From Spirochaetia bacterium (GTDB taxonomy: Bacteria; Spirochaetota; Spirochaetia; CADAEX01), in the NCBI GenBank assembly GCA_963662795.1, contig OY759746.1:3072001-3136000 (forward strand): 64,000 bases of DNA, read 5' to 3'. The notes below the pieces were generated by a model. The model had not been told where the DNA came from and searched no databases. It worked only from the letters and a program-made list of their open reading frames with translations. Positions 11,007 to 20,048 of the stretch are shown here, one piece after another. How positions within the stretch are numbered: the stretch's first letter is position 1; each line of letters starts with the position of its first letter. A program made the position numbers and the translations under genes.

Positions 11007-12451
11007 TGCTTGAGCTGGATAAACTTGCACCCAAACAGATAGTAGCAGAACTTGACAAGTTTATAATTGGTCAGAACAAGGCAAAGAAAGCTGTCGCCAT
11101 AGCGCTCAGAAACAGGGTGAGGCGGCAAAAGCTTGATGAATCTATGAGGGATGAGGTTGCTCCCAAAAATATAATTATGATAGGCCCTACCGGAGTCGGC
11201 AAAACAGAAATAGCAAGAAGGCTTTCAAAACTGTGCGGCGCACCGTTTGTAAAGGTTGAGGCTACAAAATATACGGAAGTCGGTTACGTCGGACGCGATG
11301 TTGAATCAATGGTAAGGGACCTTATGAATGTTTCCGTAAACATGGTAAAGGCAGAGATGCGGGAACAGGTCCTAAAGGAAGCAGAGGCAAGGACAGAAGA
11401 GATAATTCTTGACATACTGCTTCCCGGGATTAAAAAAGAAGCAAGATCAGCCCCTCAGTCGGAAATGCAGCCATCAGGAATACAGACTGTGCAGCAAAGC
11501 CAGGTTTTTCCAGAACAGGCACTTACGTCCCTGCCTGATCAGGCAGCGTCTTCAGCCGCTGGTGACAAAAGCTCTATCGCAAGGGAAAAATTCAGAATCA
11601 TGCTTAGAAGCGGAAAGCTTGAGGATAAAGAGATTGAAGTCAATGTCAATAAAAAAAGTGCGCCTGCCCTGGAAATATTTTCCGGGACAAGCCTTGAGGA
11701 TATGGATTTGAATCTGGGTGGGTTTTCAGGATTGCTCGGCGGAGGCAGGAAGAAAAAAAGAAAGATGGCTGTCAGCGACGCAAGGGATGTTATTCTTAAT
11801 GATGAAATTGACAGGCTGATTGACACGGATAAAGCTTCCGATATTGCGCGTAACCGTGTGCAGGAAATGGGGATTATTTTTATTGACGAGATTGACAAGG
11901 TCGCAGGCAAGGAAAACAGGAGCGGCGCCGATGTTTCCCGCGAAGGTGTCCAGAGAGATATCCTTCCTATAGTTGAGGGAAGCAAAGTCAATACAAAATA
12001 CGGGATGATTGATACTTCACATATCCTTTTCATCGCTGCCGGGGCTTTTCACATGAGCAAACCTTCAGATCTTATTCCTGAACTTCAGGGAAGATTTCCA
12101 ATACGGGTTGAACTTGAGGCTCTCGGAGCTTCAGAATTTGAGAAAATTCTTACTCAGCCGGAAAACGCCCTTATAAAACAGTATATTGAGCTGATGAAAA
12201 CTGAAGAGGTGAAACTTGAATTTACAGAAGATGCAGTAAAGAGGATCTCTTTTCTTGCGCAGGAAGTTAATTCAAGGACAGAAAATATCGGGGCGAGAAG
12301 GCTCCATACAATAATGGAATATCTTCTTGAGGATGTTTCCTTCGAGGCAAACGATCTGGCAGGACAGACAATCACAATAACGCCATCCTATATAGATGAA
12401 AAACTCGGCAGTATTATTGTGGACCAGGATCTGAGCAGGTATATATTGTGA
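11006..12451 (+). CDS. hslU: ATP-dependent protease ATPase subunit HslU
   Basis: Walker A GPTGVGKTE, GYVG pore motif, FIDEIDK, and C-terminal DLSRYIL. Confidence 0.98.
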   Translation: MLELDKLAPKQIVAELDKFIIGQNKAKKAVAIALRNRVRRQKLDESMRDEVAPKNIIMIGPTGVGKTEIARRLSKLCGAPFVKVEATKYTEVGYVGRDVESMVRDLMNVSVNMVKAEMREQVLKEAEARTEEIILDILLPGIKKEARSAPQSEMQPSGIQTVQQSQVFPEQALTSLPDQAASSAAGDKSSIAREKFRIMLRSGKLEDKEIEVNVNKKSAPALEIFSGTSLEDMDLNLGGFSGLLGGGRKKKRKMAVSDARDVILNDEIDRLIDTDKASDIARNRVQEMGIIFIDEIDKVAGKENRSGADVSREGVQRDILPIVEGSKVNTKYGMIDTSHILFIAAGAFHMSKPSDLIPELQGRFPIRVELEALGASEFEKILTQPENALIKQYIELMKTEEVKLEFTEDAVKRISFLAQEVNSRTENIGARRLHTIMEYLLEDVSFEANDLAGQTITITPSYIDEKLGSIIVDQDLSRYIL

Positions 12452-12457
12452 AAAAAG

Positions 12458-12484
12458 TTATCAAGTGCTCTGAAATTCCGATAT
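12458..12484 (+). promoter_or_regulatory. Possible sigma-28 (FliA) promoter of flgB
   Basis: TCCGATAT at 12477-12484 resembles the sigma-28 -10 element GCCGATAA. The -35 is weak (TCAAG at 12461, short spacing). Confidence 0.4.
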
Positions 12485-12514
12485 TTATAGAAAGGTTTAT
12501 TTCAGGAGAGAATA

Positions 12515-12931
12515 ATGTTTGCGAATAACAGTTACGGAAGGGTTGTTGATATTCTTCACAGGACAATGGATGTTTCAATGCTGAGGAGATCTGTAATCGC
12601 GGATAACCTGGCAAACTCGGATACGCCAAATTTCAAGAGAAGCAATGTCAATTTTGAAGCCCAGCTTAAAAGGGCTTTTGATTCACAGGCCAAACCTGCA
12701 CTGGAAGCAAAAATGACTGACAAAAGGCATATTCCTTTTTATCAGCCTGTTGACTACAGGTCTGTAGGACCAAGAAAGGTACTTGACTACCTTTCACAGT
12801 CTAAAAACAACGGCAACAACGTGGATGTTGAGGAAGAAATGATGCTTTCCCTGAAAAATCAGCTCAATTATCAGCTGCTGACACAGGCTGTATCAAACCA
12901 GTTTAACCAGATCAATATGGTTCTGAGATAG
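12515..12931 (+). CDS. flgB: Flagellar rod protein FlgB
   Basis: Motifs IADNLANSDTPNFK and NNGNNVDVEEEM. Confidence 0.97.
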   Translation: MFANNSYGRVVDILHRTMDVSMLRRSVIADNLANSDTPNFKRSNVNFEAQLKRAFDSQAKPALEAKMTDKRHIPFYQPVDYRSVGPRKVLDYLSQSKNNGNNVDVEEEMMLSLKNQLNYQLLTQAVSNQFNQINMVLR

Positions 12932-12940
12932 GAGAATTAA

Positions 12941-13399
12941 ATGGGAATTTTTACAAATATAAATACAGCGGCATCCGGACTTACTGCACAGCGGCTGAGG
13001 CTTGATGTTATTTCTGATAATATTGCCAATGCAAATACTACCAGAACTTCAGAAGGGGGCCCGTTCAGAAGAAGCAGGGTTGTTTTCAGGCCGAGGGTTT
13101 CACAGCCTTACTGGAAAAGCCCGTTTCTCCCTTCTTTTCTTGATAACGGAATAGGCCAGGGGGTGCGTGTCGCCAAAATCGAGAAAGATATGGATGAAAA
13201 ACCGCGTCTTGTCTATGATCCGACACACCCGGATGCAATAAAAACCGGGCCTAGGGCCGGATATGTTGAGTATCCAAACATGAATATAGTAAACGAAATG
13301 GTAGACATGATTTCCGCTACCCGTTCCTACGAAGCAAATATTGCTATGGTTAACGGATCGAAAAGCATGTTTTTAAAAGCTCTTGAGATTGGGAGGTAA
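12941..13399 (+). CDS. flgC: Flagellar rod protein FlgC
   Basis: Motifs SDNIANANTT, YDPTHPDA and EMVDMISATRSYEAN. Confidence 0.97.
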   Translation: MGIFTNINTAASGLTAQRLRLDVISDNIANANTTRTSEGGPFRRSRVVFRPRVSQPYWKSPFLPSFLDNGIGQGVRVAKIEKDMDEKPRLVYDPTHPDAIKTGPRAGYVEYPNMNIVNEMVDMISATRSYEANIAMVNGSKSMFLKALEIGR

Positions 13400-13402
13400 T
13401 AG

Positions 13403-13735
13403 ATGGAGTATTTGAAATTTGATCAGGTGTCAGGCCATAAACTGGCATTAAAGCAGACTGACCCAAGGCATTTTGCAGGTGCCGGCACACCCTCCGGCAA
13501 GACTGAAAAAGCGGATCAGACATTTGAAAACATGATGTTTGAGGCTTTAAACGGAGTAAATAAACTGCAGCAGGAAAGTGATAATCTTAATGTGCAGATG
13601 ATAACAGATCCTGACAGTATTGATGCCCACGATGTGACAATAGCAATGGCAAAAGCAAATACATCTCTTGCTCTTACAAAAGCGGTTATTGACAGGGGAA
13701 TCAAGGCTTACAAGGAGATATTAAGCATCAGGTAA
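13403..13735 (+). CDS. fliE: Hook-basal body protein FliE
   Basis: Motif DAHDVTIAMAKA...KAYKEI; follows flgC. Confidence 0.93.
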   Translation: MEYLKFDQVSGHKLALKQTDPRHFAGAGTPSGKTEKADQTFENMMFEALNGVNKLQQESDNLNVQMITDPDSIDAHDVTIAMAKANTSLALTKAVIDRGIKAYKEILSIR

Positions 13736-13750
13736 AACTGAAAAATGGAA

Positions 13751-13780
13751 TTGGTTGTTGTTTTACAGTTATGATATTAT
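13751..13780 (+). promoter_or_regulatory. Possible sigma-70 extended -10 promoter upstream of fliF
   Basis: TGaTATTAT at 13772-13780, with a weak TTGGTT -35 at 13751. Confidence 0.4.
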
Positions 13781-13816
13781 TCAGTTTGTGACTGTTCTTT
13801 TCACTGGGGAGGGGAA

Positions 13817-15526
13817 ATGAAGGAACAATTTAAAAAAATATTGGACCAGACAGCAAATATCTGGAAAAAAATGTCAGCTGTCCAGAAAATTATGTCAGCT
13901 GCGATTGCCGTAGTTGTTATTGCCGCATTTATAATGCTCTCAGTCTATAACAGTTCACCGTCAATGATCAGCGTTCTCACTTCGCCTGTAAAAGATGAAA
14001 ATCTGCTCAACACAATATCGATCCGGATGGACGAAGAAGGGGTAGAGCATACAATTTCAGCTGATGGAATGATATTTGTCAAGGATTTGCGGACAGCGCA
14101 GAGAGTTGTTTCAATTCTGGCCCGGGAGGATCTGATTCCAAAAACAGCTTCCCCCTGGGATGTCTTTAAAATGGACAGGTGGACAGTTACCGATTTTGAG
14201 AGAAACGTAAACTTAAGGCGCGCTATAACCCTTAATCTGCAGGCACATCTCGAATCACTTGAGGATATAGACTCTGCAGATATTTCTCTTGTCCTGCCGG
14301 AAAATGAGCTTTTCGCGGAAGACCAGAAAAAGGTTTCCGCCTCAATTATAATTACACCGCGTCCGGGAAGCGATATCAGGGAAAACAGGAAAAAGATTGA
14401 AGGTATTGTGAAACTTGTTAAATTCGCTGTTGAAGGGCTTGAAGATGATTATATAACAATAACAGACCATCAGGGACATATTCTCAATGATTTTACAGGG
14501 CTTGCGGAATTTGACAGGCTTGAGCTTACAAAAAGAGAGATAAAAATCAAGAGCGATCTTGAAAAAAAGCTTTCGGGTGCCATAAAACTGTCTCTGAGGC
14601 AGATATTCGGCCAGGACAGGGTTGAAATTATAAACCTTGATATTGACCTTGATATGGGAAAGAAAAAGATTGAAACGGAGGAGCATTTTCCCGTTACAAT
14701 GAAGGCTGACAATCCGGGTACTCCTTTTGATGAAACCGAGGTTGTCCCCTCCATTACCATCTCCAAAAATCTGGTCGATGAAAGCTTCCGGGGTACCGGG
14801 TTCAATCCTGAGGGGCCTCCGGGACAGGAAGGACAGACTCCTCCGGCCTATAAAGATCTTGAGGGGATGGTAGGAGAATATAAAAGGAACAACGTAATAC
14901 AGAACGAGGTTGTCAATACCAAAAACATAACCGAGGAAAAAAGCCCATGGGGGATAAAGCGGATAACGGTCGGTGTTGCCATTGACGGAATCTGGCGATG
15001 GGAATATGACGATTCCGGCCTTGTTAAGCTTAACAAGGATGGAAGCATTGTCAGAAACTACGAAAATATAAGCGATGTGGATCTGGCAAAAGCAAAGACG
15101 CTTGTTGAGCATGCCATAGGCTTTAATAAAGTAAGGGGCGATTCTGTTACTGTGCAGTCGCTTCAGTTTGACAGGTCAAAGCAGTTTCAGCTCGAAGACC
15201 AGAAATACAGAAACCGCATGAGAGTAAGGCAGATGATAATCTATTCGATTATCGGAACACTGCTTCTTATAGTATTTTTTATCGTGTTCAGAATTGTTAT
15301 CAAGACCATTGAACGGAAAAGAAAGCTCAGGGAAGAAGAACTTGCCAGACAGCATCAGGCAATGCGTGAGGCCGCGCTCAGAAGTGCTGAGGAAGACGGC
15401 GTAAGTGTCGAGATGTCTGTTGAGGACAGGGCAAGGATTGAGATGCAGGAGAACGCAATCAATATGGCAAGGGAACATCCCGAGGATGTTGCTCAACTGA
15501 TCAGAACCTGGCTGTTGGAGGAATAA
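13817..15526 (+). CDS. fliF: Flagellar MS-ring protein FliF
   Basis: Two TM segments flank a large periplasmic domain (SASIII, RGDSVTV). C-terminal FliG-binding helix PEDVAQLIRTWL. Confidence 0.96.
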   Translation: MKEQFKKILDQTANIWKKMSAVQKIMSAAIAVVVIAAFIMLSVYNSSPSMISVLTSPVKDENLLNTISIRMDEEGVEHTISADGMIFVKDLRTAQRVVSILAREDLIPKTASPWDVFKMDRWTVTDFERNVNLRRAITLNLQAHLESLEDIDSADISLVLPENELFAEDQKKVSASIIITPRPGSDIRENRKKIEGIVKLVKFAVEGLEDDYITITDHQGHILNDFTGLAEFDRLELTKREIKIKSDLEKKLSGAIKLSLRQIFGQDRVEIINLDIDLDMGKKKIETEEHFPVTMKADNPGTPFDETEVVPSITISKNLVDESFRGTGFNPEGPPGQEGQTPPAYKDLEGMVGEYKRNNVIQNEVVNTKNITEEKSPWGIKRITVGVAIDGIWRWEYDDSGLVKLNKDGSIVRNYENISDVDLAKAKTLVEHAIGFNKVRGDSVTVQSLQFDRSKQFQLEDQKYRNRMRVRQMIIYSIIGTLLLIVFFIVFRIVIKTIERKRKLREEELARQHQAMREAALRSAEEDGVSVEMSVEDRARIEMQENAINMAREHPEDVAQLIRTWLLEE

Positions 15527-15529
15527 GTT

Positions 15530-16579
15530 ATGGGAAAAGTACCGTCAAATAACCCCCCCTCAAAAAAGGGAGGAGTGAGGAAAGATCTTACCGGCAGGCA
15601 GAAAGCTGCGATATTTCTTGTAACTATAGGGTCCGAGATTTCATCTGATATCTTCAAACACCTCAGGGAAGATGAGATAGAATCCCTTACCTTTGAAATA
15701 GCCCGTCTTGAAAGTATAGAATCCGAAGACAAGGAACGGGTACTCATTGAGTTCAAGGAACTCATGATGGCCCAGGATTTTATCACAAGCGGCGGTATAG
15801 ATTACGCGCGAGAGCTGCTTGAGAAATCACTTGGAAGCCAGAAAGCAATCGATATTATAAACAGGCTCACAAGTTCGCTCCAGATCAGACCGTTTGATTT
15901 TATCAGAAGGACAGATCCTACGCACCTCTTAAACTTTATACAGCAGGAGCATCCTCAGACAATAGCGCTTATTCTTGCTTATCTTGAGCCTGAGAAAGCG
16001 TCCATTATCCTTTCAAGCCTGCCGCATGAGACACAGTCTGATGTTGCACGCCGTATTGCGACAATGGACAGGACATCGCCTGAAACGCTGCGTGAGGTTG
16101 AAAGAGTGCTTGAGAAGAAACTTTCTACCCTTTCCAGTGAGGATTATACATCCGCCGGCGGTGTTGAAAGCATTGTAGAGATATTAAACAGGGTAGACAG
16201 GTCGACAGAGAAAACAATTATCGAATCGCTTGAAGAGGAAGATCCTGAACTTGCGGAAGAAATCAAGAAGAGAATGTTTGTATTTGAAGACATTGTTCTC
16301 CTTGATGACAGGGCCATTCAGAAAGTACTCAGGGAAGTTGACCAGCAGGAACTTGGTAAAGCGCTCAAAGCTGTCGATAATGAAGTACAGGATAAGATTT
16401 TCAAAAACATGTCCAAAAGGGCAGCCAACACCCTTAAGGAAGATATGGAATTTATGGGCCCGATACGGCTTAAAGATGTTGAGGAAGCGCAACAGAAGAT
16501 TGTGTCTGTTATCAGAAAACTTGAAGAACAGGGTGAAATCGTTGTTGCGAGATCCGGTGAGGATGAAATGGTTGTATAA
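15530..16579 (+). CDS. fliG: Flagellar motor switch protein FliG
   Basis: Motifs LTGRQKAAI, EHPQTIALIL, MFVFEDI and GPIRLKDVEEAQ. Confidence 0.98.
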   Translation: MGKVPSNNPPSKKGGVRKDLTGRQKAAIFLVTIGSEISSDIFKHLREDEIESLTFEIARLESIESEDKERVLIEFKELMMAQDFITSGGIDYARELLEKSLGSQKAIDIINRLTSSLQIRPFDFIRRTDPTHLLNFIQQEHPQTIALILAYLEPEKASIILSSLPHETQSDVARRIATMDRTSPETLREVERVLEKKLSTLSSEDYTSAGGVESIVEILNRVDRSTEKTIIESLEEEDPELAEEIKKRMFVFEDIVLLDDRAIQKVLREVDQQELGKALKAVDNEVQDKIFKNMSKRAANTLKEDMEFMGPIRLKDVEEAQQKIVSVIRKLEEQGEIVVARSGEDEMVV

Positions 16580-16635
16580 CCATTTCAATTGGTTGTATAG
16601 GGCATCAGATATACCCGAAAGGCAGGAGGTGTTGA

Positions 16636-17559
16636 TTGGCAAGAAATGTTTTTCGTTCAGTTGAAATAGTAAATCTCAATAATACGGTATACCTTGATCC
16701 GGTTGAAGAGGAAGTTGAAGAAATAGATGAAGAGCCGGTACTGGAAGAGTATACCGGCCCCACTGCCGATGATTTAAGACGTGAAGCTGAAGCGTTCAAG
16801 GCAGGCTGGGAAAAGGAAAAAACTTCAATGATCGACAGCGCGAAAAAAGAGGCTGACAGAATTATTGAAGAGGCCAGACAGAGCGCATTTGACGAGATTA
16901 AAAAGGGGAAAAATGAATCCCAGAAAATAAGACAGGAAGCTGAAGATGAAGCAGGTGTTACTTTAAAAAACGCGCTGGATAAACAGGATGCCATGATAAA
17001 GGAAGCTGAGGACAAGGTTGACCTTATAGAAAAAAATGCACTTGAGCGCGGCTACAAGGAAGGAAGCGAAAAAGGGTATGAATCCGGCAGGGAAGAGGTG
17101 GAACGCCTTATCCAGAAGGTTCATTCCGTCCTGAGCACTGCTATCGAAAAAAGAAACCACATTATCGAAGAATCTGAAACCCAGCTCATAAACCTTGTTC
17201 TTCTTATATCGCAGAAAGTAATCAAGGTTATATCTGAAAATCAGAAAAATGTAGTAATCAATAACGTTATTCAGGCTCTGCGCAAACTCAAAACGAGGGG
17301 CGAGGTTGTCGTCAGGGTAAATCTTGAAGATGTAAAACTTACGACAGAGCATATAAAGGATTTCATGAGAATGGTTGACAATATAAGGTCCATAACCGTA
17401 CTCGAAGATTCTACCGTTGACAGGGGCGGCTGTATTATTGAAACAGATTTTGGCGAAATTGATGCAAGAATATCATCCCAGCTTAATGAGATAAGGGAAA
17501 AGATTCTTGATCTTGCGCCGATTAAATCAAAAACAGAGGTGACTGAGGATTTTATCTAA
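16636..17559 (+). CDS. fliH: Flagellar export protein FliH
   Basis: GxxxG repeats (GYKEGSEKGYESG) and C-terminal GGCIIETDFGEIDARI. TTG start after GGAGG. Confidence 0.95.
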   Translation: MARNVFRSVEIVNLNNTVYLDPVEEEVEEIDEEPVLEEYTGPTADDLRREAEAFKAGWEKEKTSMIDSAKKEADRIIEEARQSAFDEIKKGKNESQKIRQEAEDEAGVTLKNALDKQDAMIKEAEDKVDLIEKNALERGYKEGSEKGYESGREEVERLIQKVHSVLSTAIEKRNHIIEESETQLINLVLLISQKVIKVISENQKNVVINNVIQALRKLKTRGEVVVRVNLEDVKLTTEHIKDFMRMVDNIRSITVLEDSTVDRGGCIIETDFGEIDARISSQLNEIREKILDLAPIKSKTEVTEDFI

Positions 17560-17612
17560 AGGCATCTGCTGTAAAATTTTATTGACTTTTAAAAAAGTGC
17601 CGGGGGAGGGGA

Positions 17613-18938
17613 ATGAGCACTGTTTTTGAGAAATACCATAGTCTTCTTGACAAAACTGATCCCATAAAATTTACAGGACGTGTTGTAAAGGTACAGGGTC
17701 TCCTGATTGAAAGCCACGGGCCCAGGGCGGTTCTTGGAGAGTTGTGCTACATTATAATGAATAACACAAATATTCCGGTATGGGCAGAAGTTGTTTCTCT
17801 GAGGCAGGATACAATCCAGCTTATGGCCTACGATTCTTTTGAAGGGATTGAAATCGGCAATCCGGTAGTTGCTACAGGGCGGAGTCTTGAAGTCCCTGTC
17901 TCACCGGGAATGCTGGGGAGGGTCCTTGACGGAATGGGGCGCCCGTGCGATGACCGTGGAAATATCAGATCCGCGTCGCGGATACCGGTTTTTAATTCAC
18001 CTCCGGATTTGCTTAAACGAAAACCGATAACAGATCAGATTCAGACCGGTGTAAGGGCAATAGATTCACTGCTGGCTGTAGGGAAAGGACAGAGAATCGG
18101 AATATTCTCAGGAGCAGGAGTAGGTAAATCAACACTGCTTGGTATGATTGCCAGAAACACTAACGCGGATATAAATGTAATAGCGCTTGTCGGGGAAAGA
18201 GGGCGGGAAGTCACAGAGTTTATCGAAAACGAACTTGGCCCCGAGGGAATGAAAAGGTCTGTTATTGTAGTTTCCTCATCCAATACGCCTCCGATTTCAA
18301 GAATCAGGGGAGCATATACAGCGACAGCAGTTGCCGAGTATTTCAGGGAGAGGGGCAAGGATGTAATGCTTTTCTTTGATTCGCTTACAAGGTTTGCAAG
18401 GGCGCAGAGGGAAGTAGGTCTTGCCATAGGCGAACCGCCGGCGACAAGAGGCTACACACCGTCAGTCTTTACAGAGATGCCGAAGCTTCTTGAACGCTGC
18501 GCCAATTCATCAAAAGGAACCATGACTGGATTTTACACTGTTCTTGTTGAAGGAGATGACCTTGATGAACCGGTTGCCGATAATGCTGAAGGATTTCTTG
18601 ACGGGCATATAATTTTAAGCCGGAAAATGGCTGAAGCCAATCACTATCCTGCCATTGATGTTCTTAAATCAATTTCAAGGATTGCGGGTAAAATTCTTCC
18701 GGAAGATATCAGGACTTCAGCAGGATATTTAAAAAACAGGATGGCTGTCTATAATGAAGCTGAAGATCTGATAAATGTAGGTGCCTATGTCAAAGGATCG
18801 AATCCCGATATTGATGAGTCGATAAAAAAACTTCCTGATATAAGGAAATTCCTTATACAGCCTGTTGAAGAAAAAGCGGCACTTGAGGAAAGTTTTTCCG
18901 CGCTGACAAAAATAACCGGAATAAAGGGTAAGGAGTAA
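17613..18938 (+). CDS. fliI: Flagellar export ATPase FliI
   Basis: Motifs GAGVGKST, GERGREV, DSLTRFARA, GEPP and DGHI. Confidence 0.97.
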   Translation: MSTVFEKYHSLLDKTDPIKFTGRVVKVQGLLIESHGPRAVLGELCYIIMNNTNIPVWAEVVSLRQDTIQLMAYDSFEGIEIGNPVVATGRSLEVPVSPGMLGRVLDGMGRPCDDRGNIRSASRIPVFNSPPDLLKRKPITDQIQTGVRAIDSLLAVGKGQRIGIFSGAGVGKSTLLGMIARNTNADINVIALVGERGREVTEFIENELGPEGMKRSVIVVSSSNTPPISRIRGAYTATAVAEYFRERGKDVMLFFDSLTRFARAQREVGLAIGEPPATRGYTPSVFTEMPKLLERCANSSKGTMTGFYTVLVEGDDLDEPVADNAEGFLDGHIILSRKMAEANHYPAIDVLKSISRIAGKILPEDIRTSAGYLKNRMAVYNEAEDLINVGAYVKGSNPDIDESIKKLPDIRKFLIQPVEEKAALEESFSALTKITGIKGKE

Positions 18939-18944
18939 GGGCAG

Positions 18945-19403
18945 ATGAAACAATTCAGCTTTAAACTTGAAAAACTTCTGGAAATGAAAAAATACGCGGA
19001 AAAAGAGAAGTCTCTTGAGCTTGCGGAAGTTACCGGCAGATATATCAATATTGCCGGTGCTATTGAAGAGATGAAAATAAGAAAGAAGCGTATTTTAACT
19101 TCGCGGTTTGAATATGCCGATAATAATGCATCATCTCTTTTATTTGATGAATTACAGATAACTGCGATAAAAAATAAGATTTTAAAACTTGAAAAGGATC
19201 TTGAATCTGTAGTTTCCGAACAGGAGCTGGTCAGAGAAAAATATATTAATGCCCTCAGGGAAAAAAAAGTACTGGAAAAACTTAAAGATAAAAAAACTGA
19301 AGAACATAAAAAGGATGAAGCTGCAGCGGAATCCAGAACCATAGATGATCTTGTAATTACAAACTTTGCATCAGGCAGAGGGGAGGTTAAACAATGGGAT
19401 TAA
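18945..19403 (+). CDS. fliJ: Flagellar export protein FliJ
   Basis: N-terminus MKQFSFKLEKLL, coiled coil, KVLEKLKDK...IDD; follows fliI. Confidence 0.9.
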   Translation: MKQFSFKLEKLLEMKKYAEKEKSLELAEVTGRYINIAGAIEEMKIRKKRILTSRFEYADNNASSLLFDELQITAIKNKILKLEKDLESVVSEQELVREKYINALREKKVLEKLKDKKTEEHKKDEAAAESRTIDDLVITNFASGRGEVKQWD

Positions 19404-20038
19404 CCGGCGGCGCGGGAGCGGGATTGCGGATTTTTGTTTTGATACTCTTGATTGTTGTTCTTTTCCTGGGCGGTGTAATCTGGTTTGATTACCTGGGGCT
19501 TATTAATGCCAGGGAACAGCTTTCATTGATATTCGGTTTGATAAACAAGGAAAAGGTAGTAACGATTGATGATAAAGATGATGTTTTTCTTCTTGAAAAG
19601 GAAAGATACAGCAAAATGAAGGAATCCCTTGATATACGGGAGGAAGAACTCAACAAAAGGGAACAGGAACTTGAAAAACTATCGGTTGAGATCAAGCAGA
19701 AGGTCGAAATGCTTGATGAAATGGAAATTGCGCTTGCAGAGAGAGAAAAATCATTTAACGTGCGGACAAGATTGTACGAAAATAAGATAGAGAACCTTGA
19801 ACAGTCTTCGAAATATCTTGTAGGTATGCCGCCTCTCAAGGCAAAGGACATCCTTCTTGAAATGAATGATCAGGATGTTATCGACATAATGCGGGTAACA
19901 GAGAGGATTGCGCAGGAAACAGGAGAGGGTTCTCTGGTTTCGTATTGGCTTTCGCTTATGCCTGCAGAACGGTCTGCTGCCATACAGAGAAAAATGGCAT
20001 TAAAACCTGTTGAACCAGGAACAGAAGCGCCTAATTAA
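19394..20038 (+). CDS. flbB: Spirochete periplasmic-flagellum collar protein FlbB
   Basis: N-terminal TM (GGVIWFDYLGLI), a long coiled coil, and MPP...VSYWLSLMPAERSAAIQRKM. Positioned between fliJ and fliK. Confidence 0.88.
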   Translation: MGLTGGAGAGLRIFVLILLIVVLFLGGVIWFDYLGLINAREQLSLIFGLINKEKVVTIDDKDDVFLLEKERYSKMKESLDIREEELNKREQELEKLSVEIKQKVEMLDEMEIALAEREKSFNVRTRLYENKIENLEQSSKYLVGMPPLKAKDILLEMNDQDVIDIMRVTERIAQETGEGSLVSYWLSLMPAERSAAIQRKMALKPVEPGTEAPN

Positions 20039-20048
20039 GGAGTAATAC

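Noticed and set aside
4823-12514. dif site near the xer genes
   Set aside because: I saw no match to the XerD arm TTATGTTAAA by eye, and dif normally lies at the terminus.
14342-15112. 256-aa minus-strand ORF and the many other antisense or alternate-frame ORFs (e.g. 24074-24844, 18785-19342, 26360-26872)
   Set aside because: They lie over well-supported genes, have S/F/I-rich shadow composition, and show no motifs or RBS.
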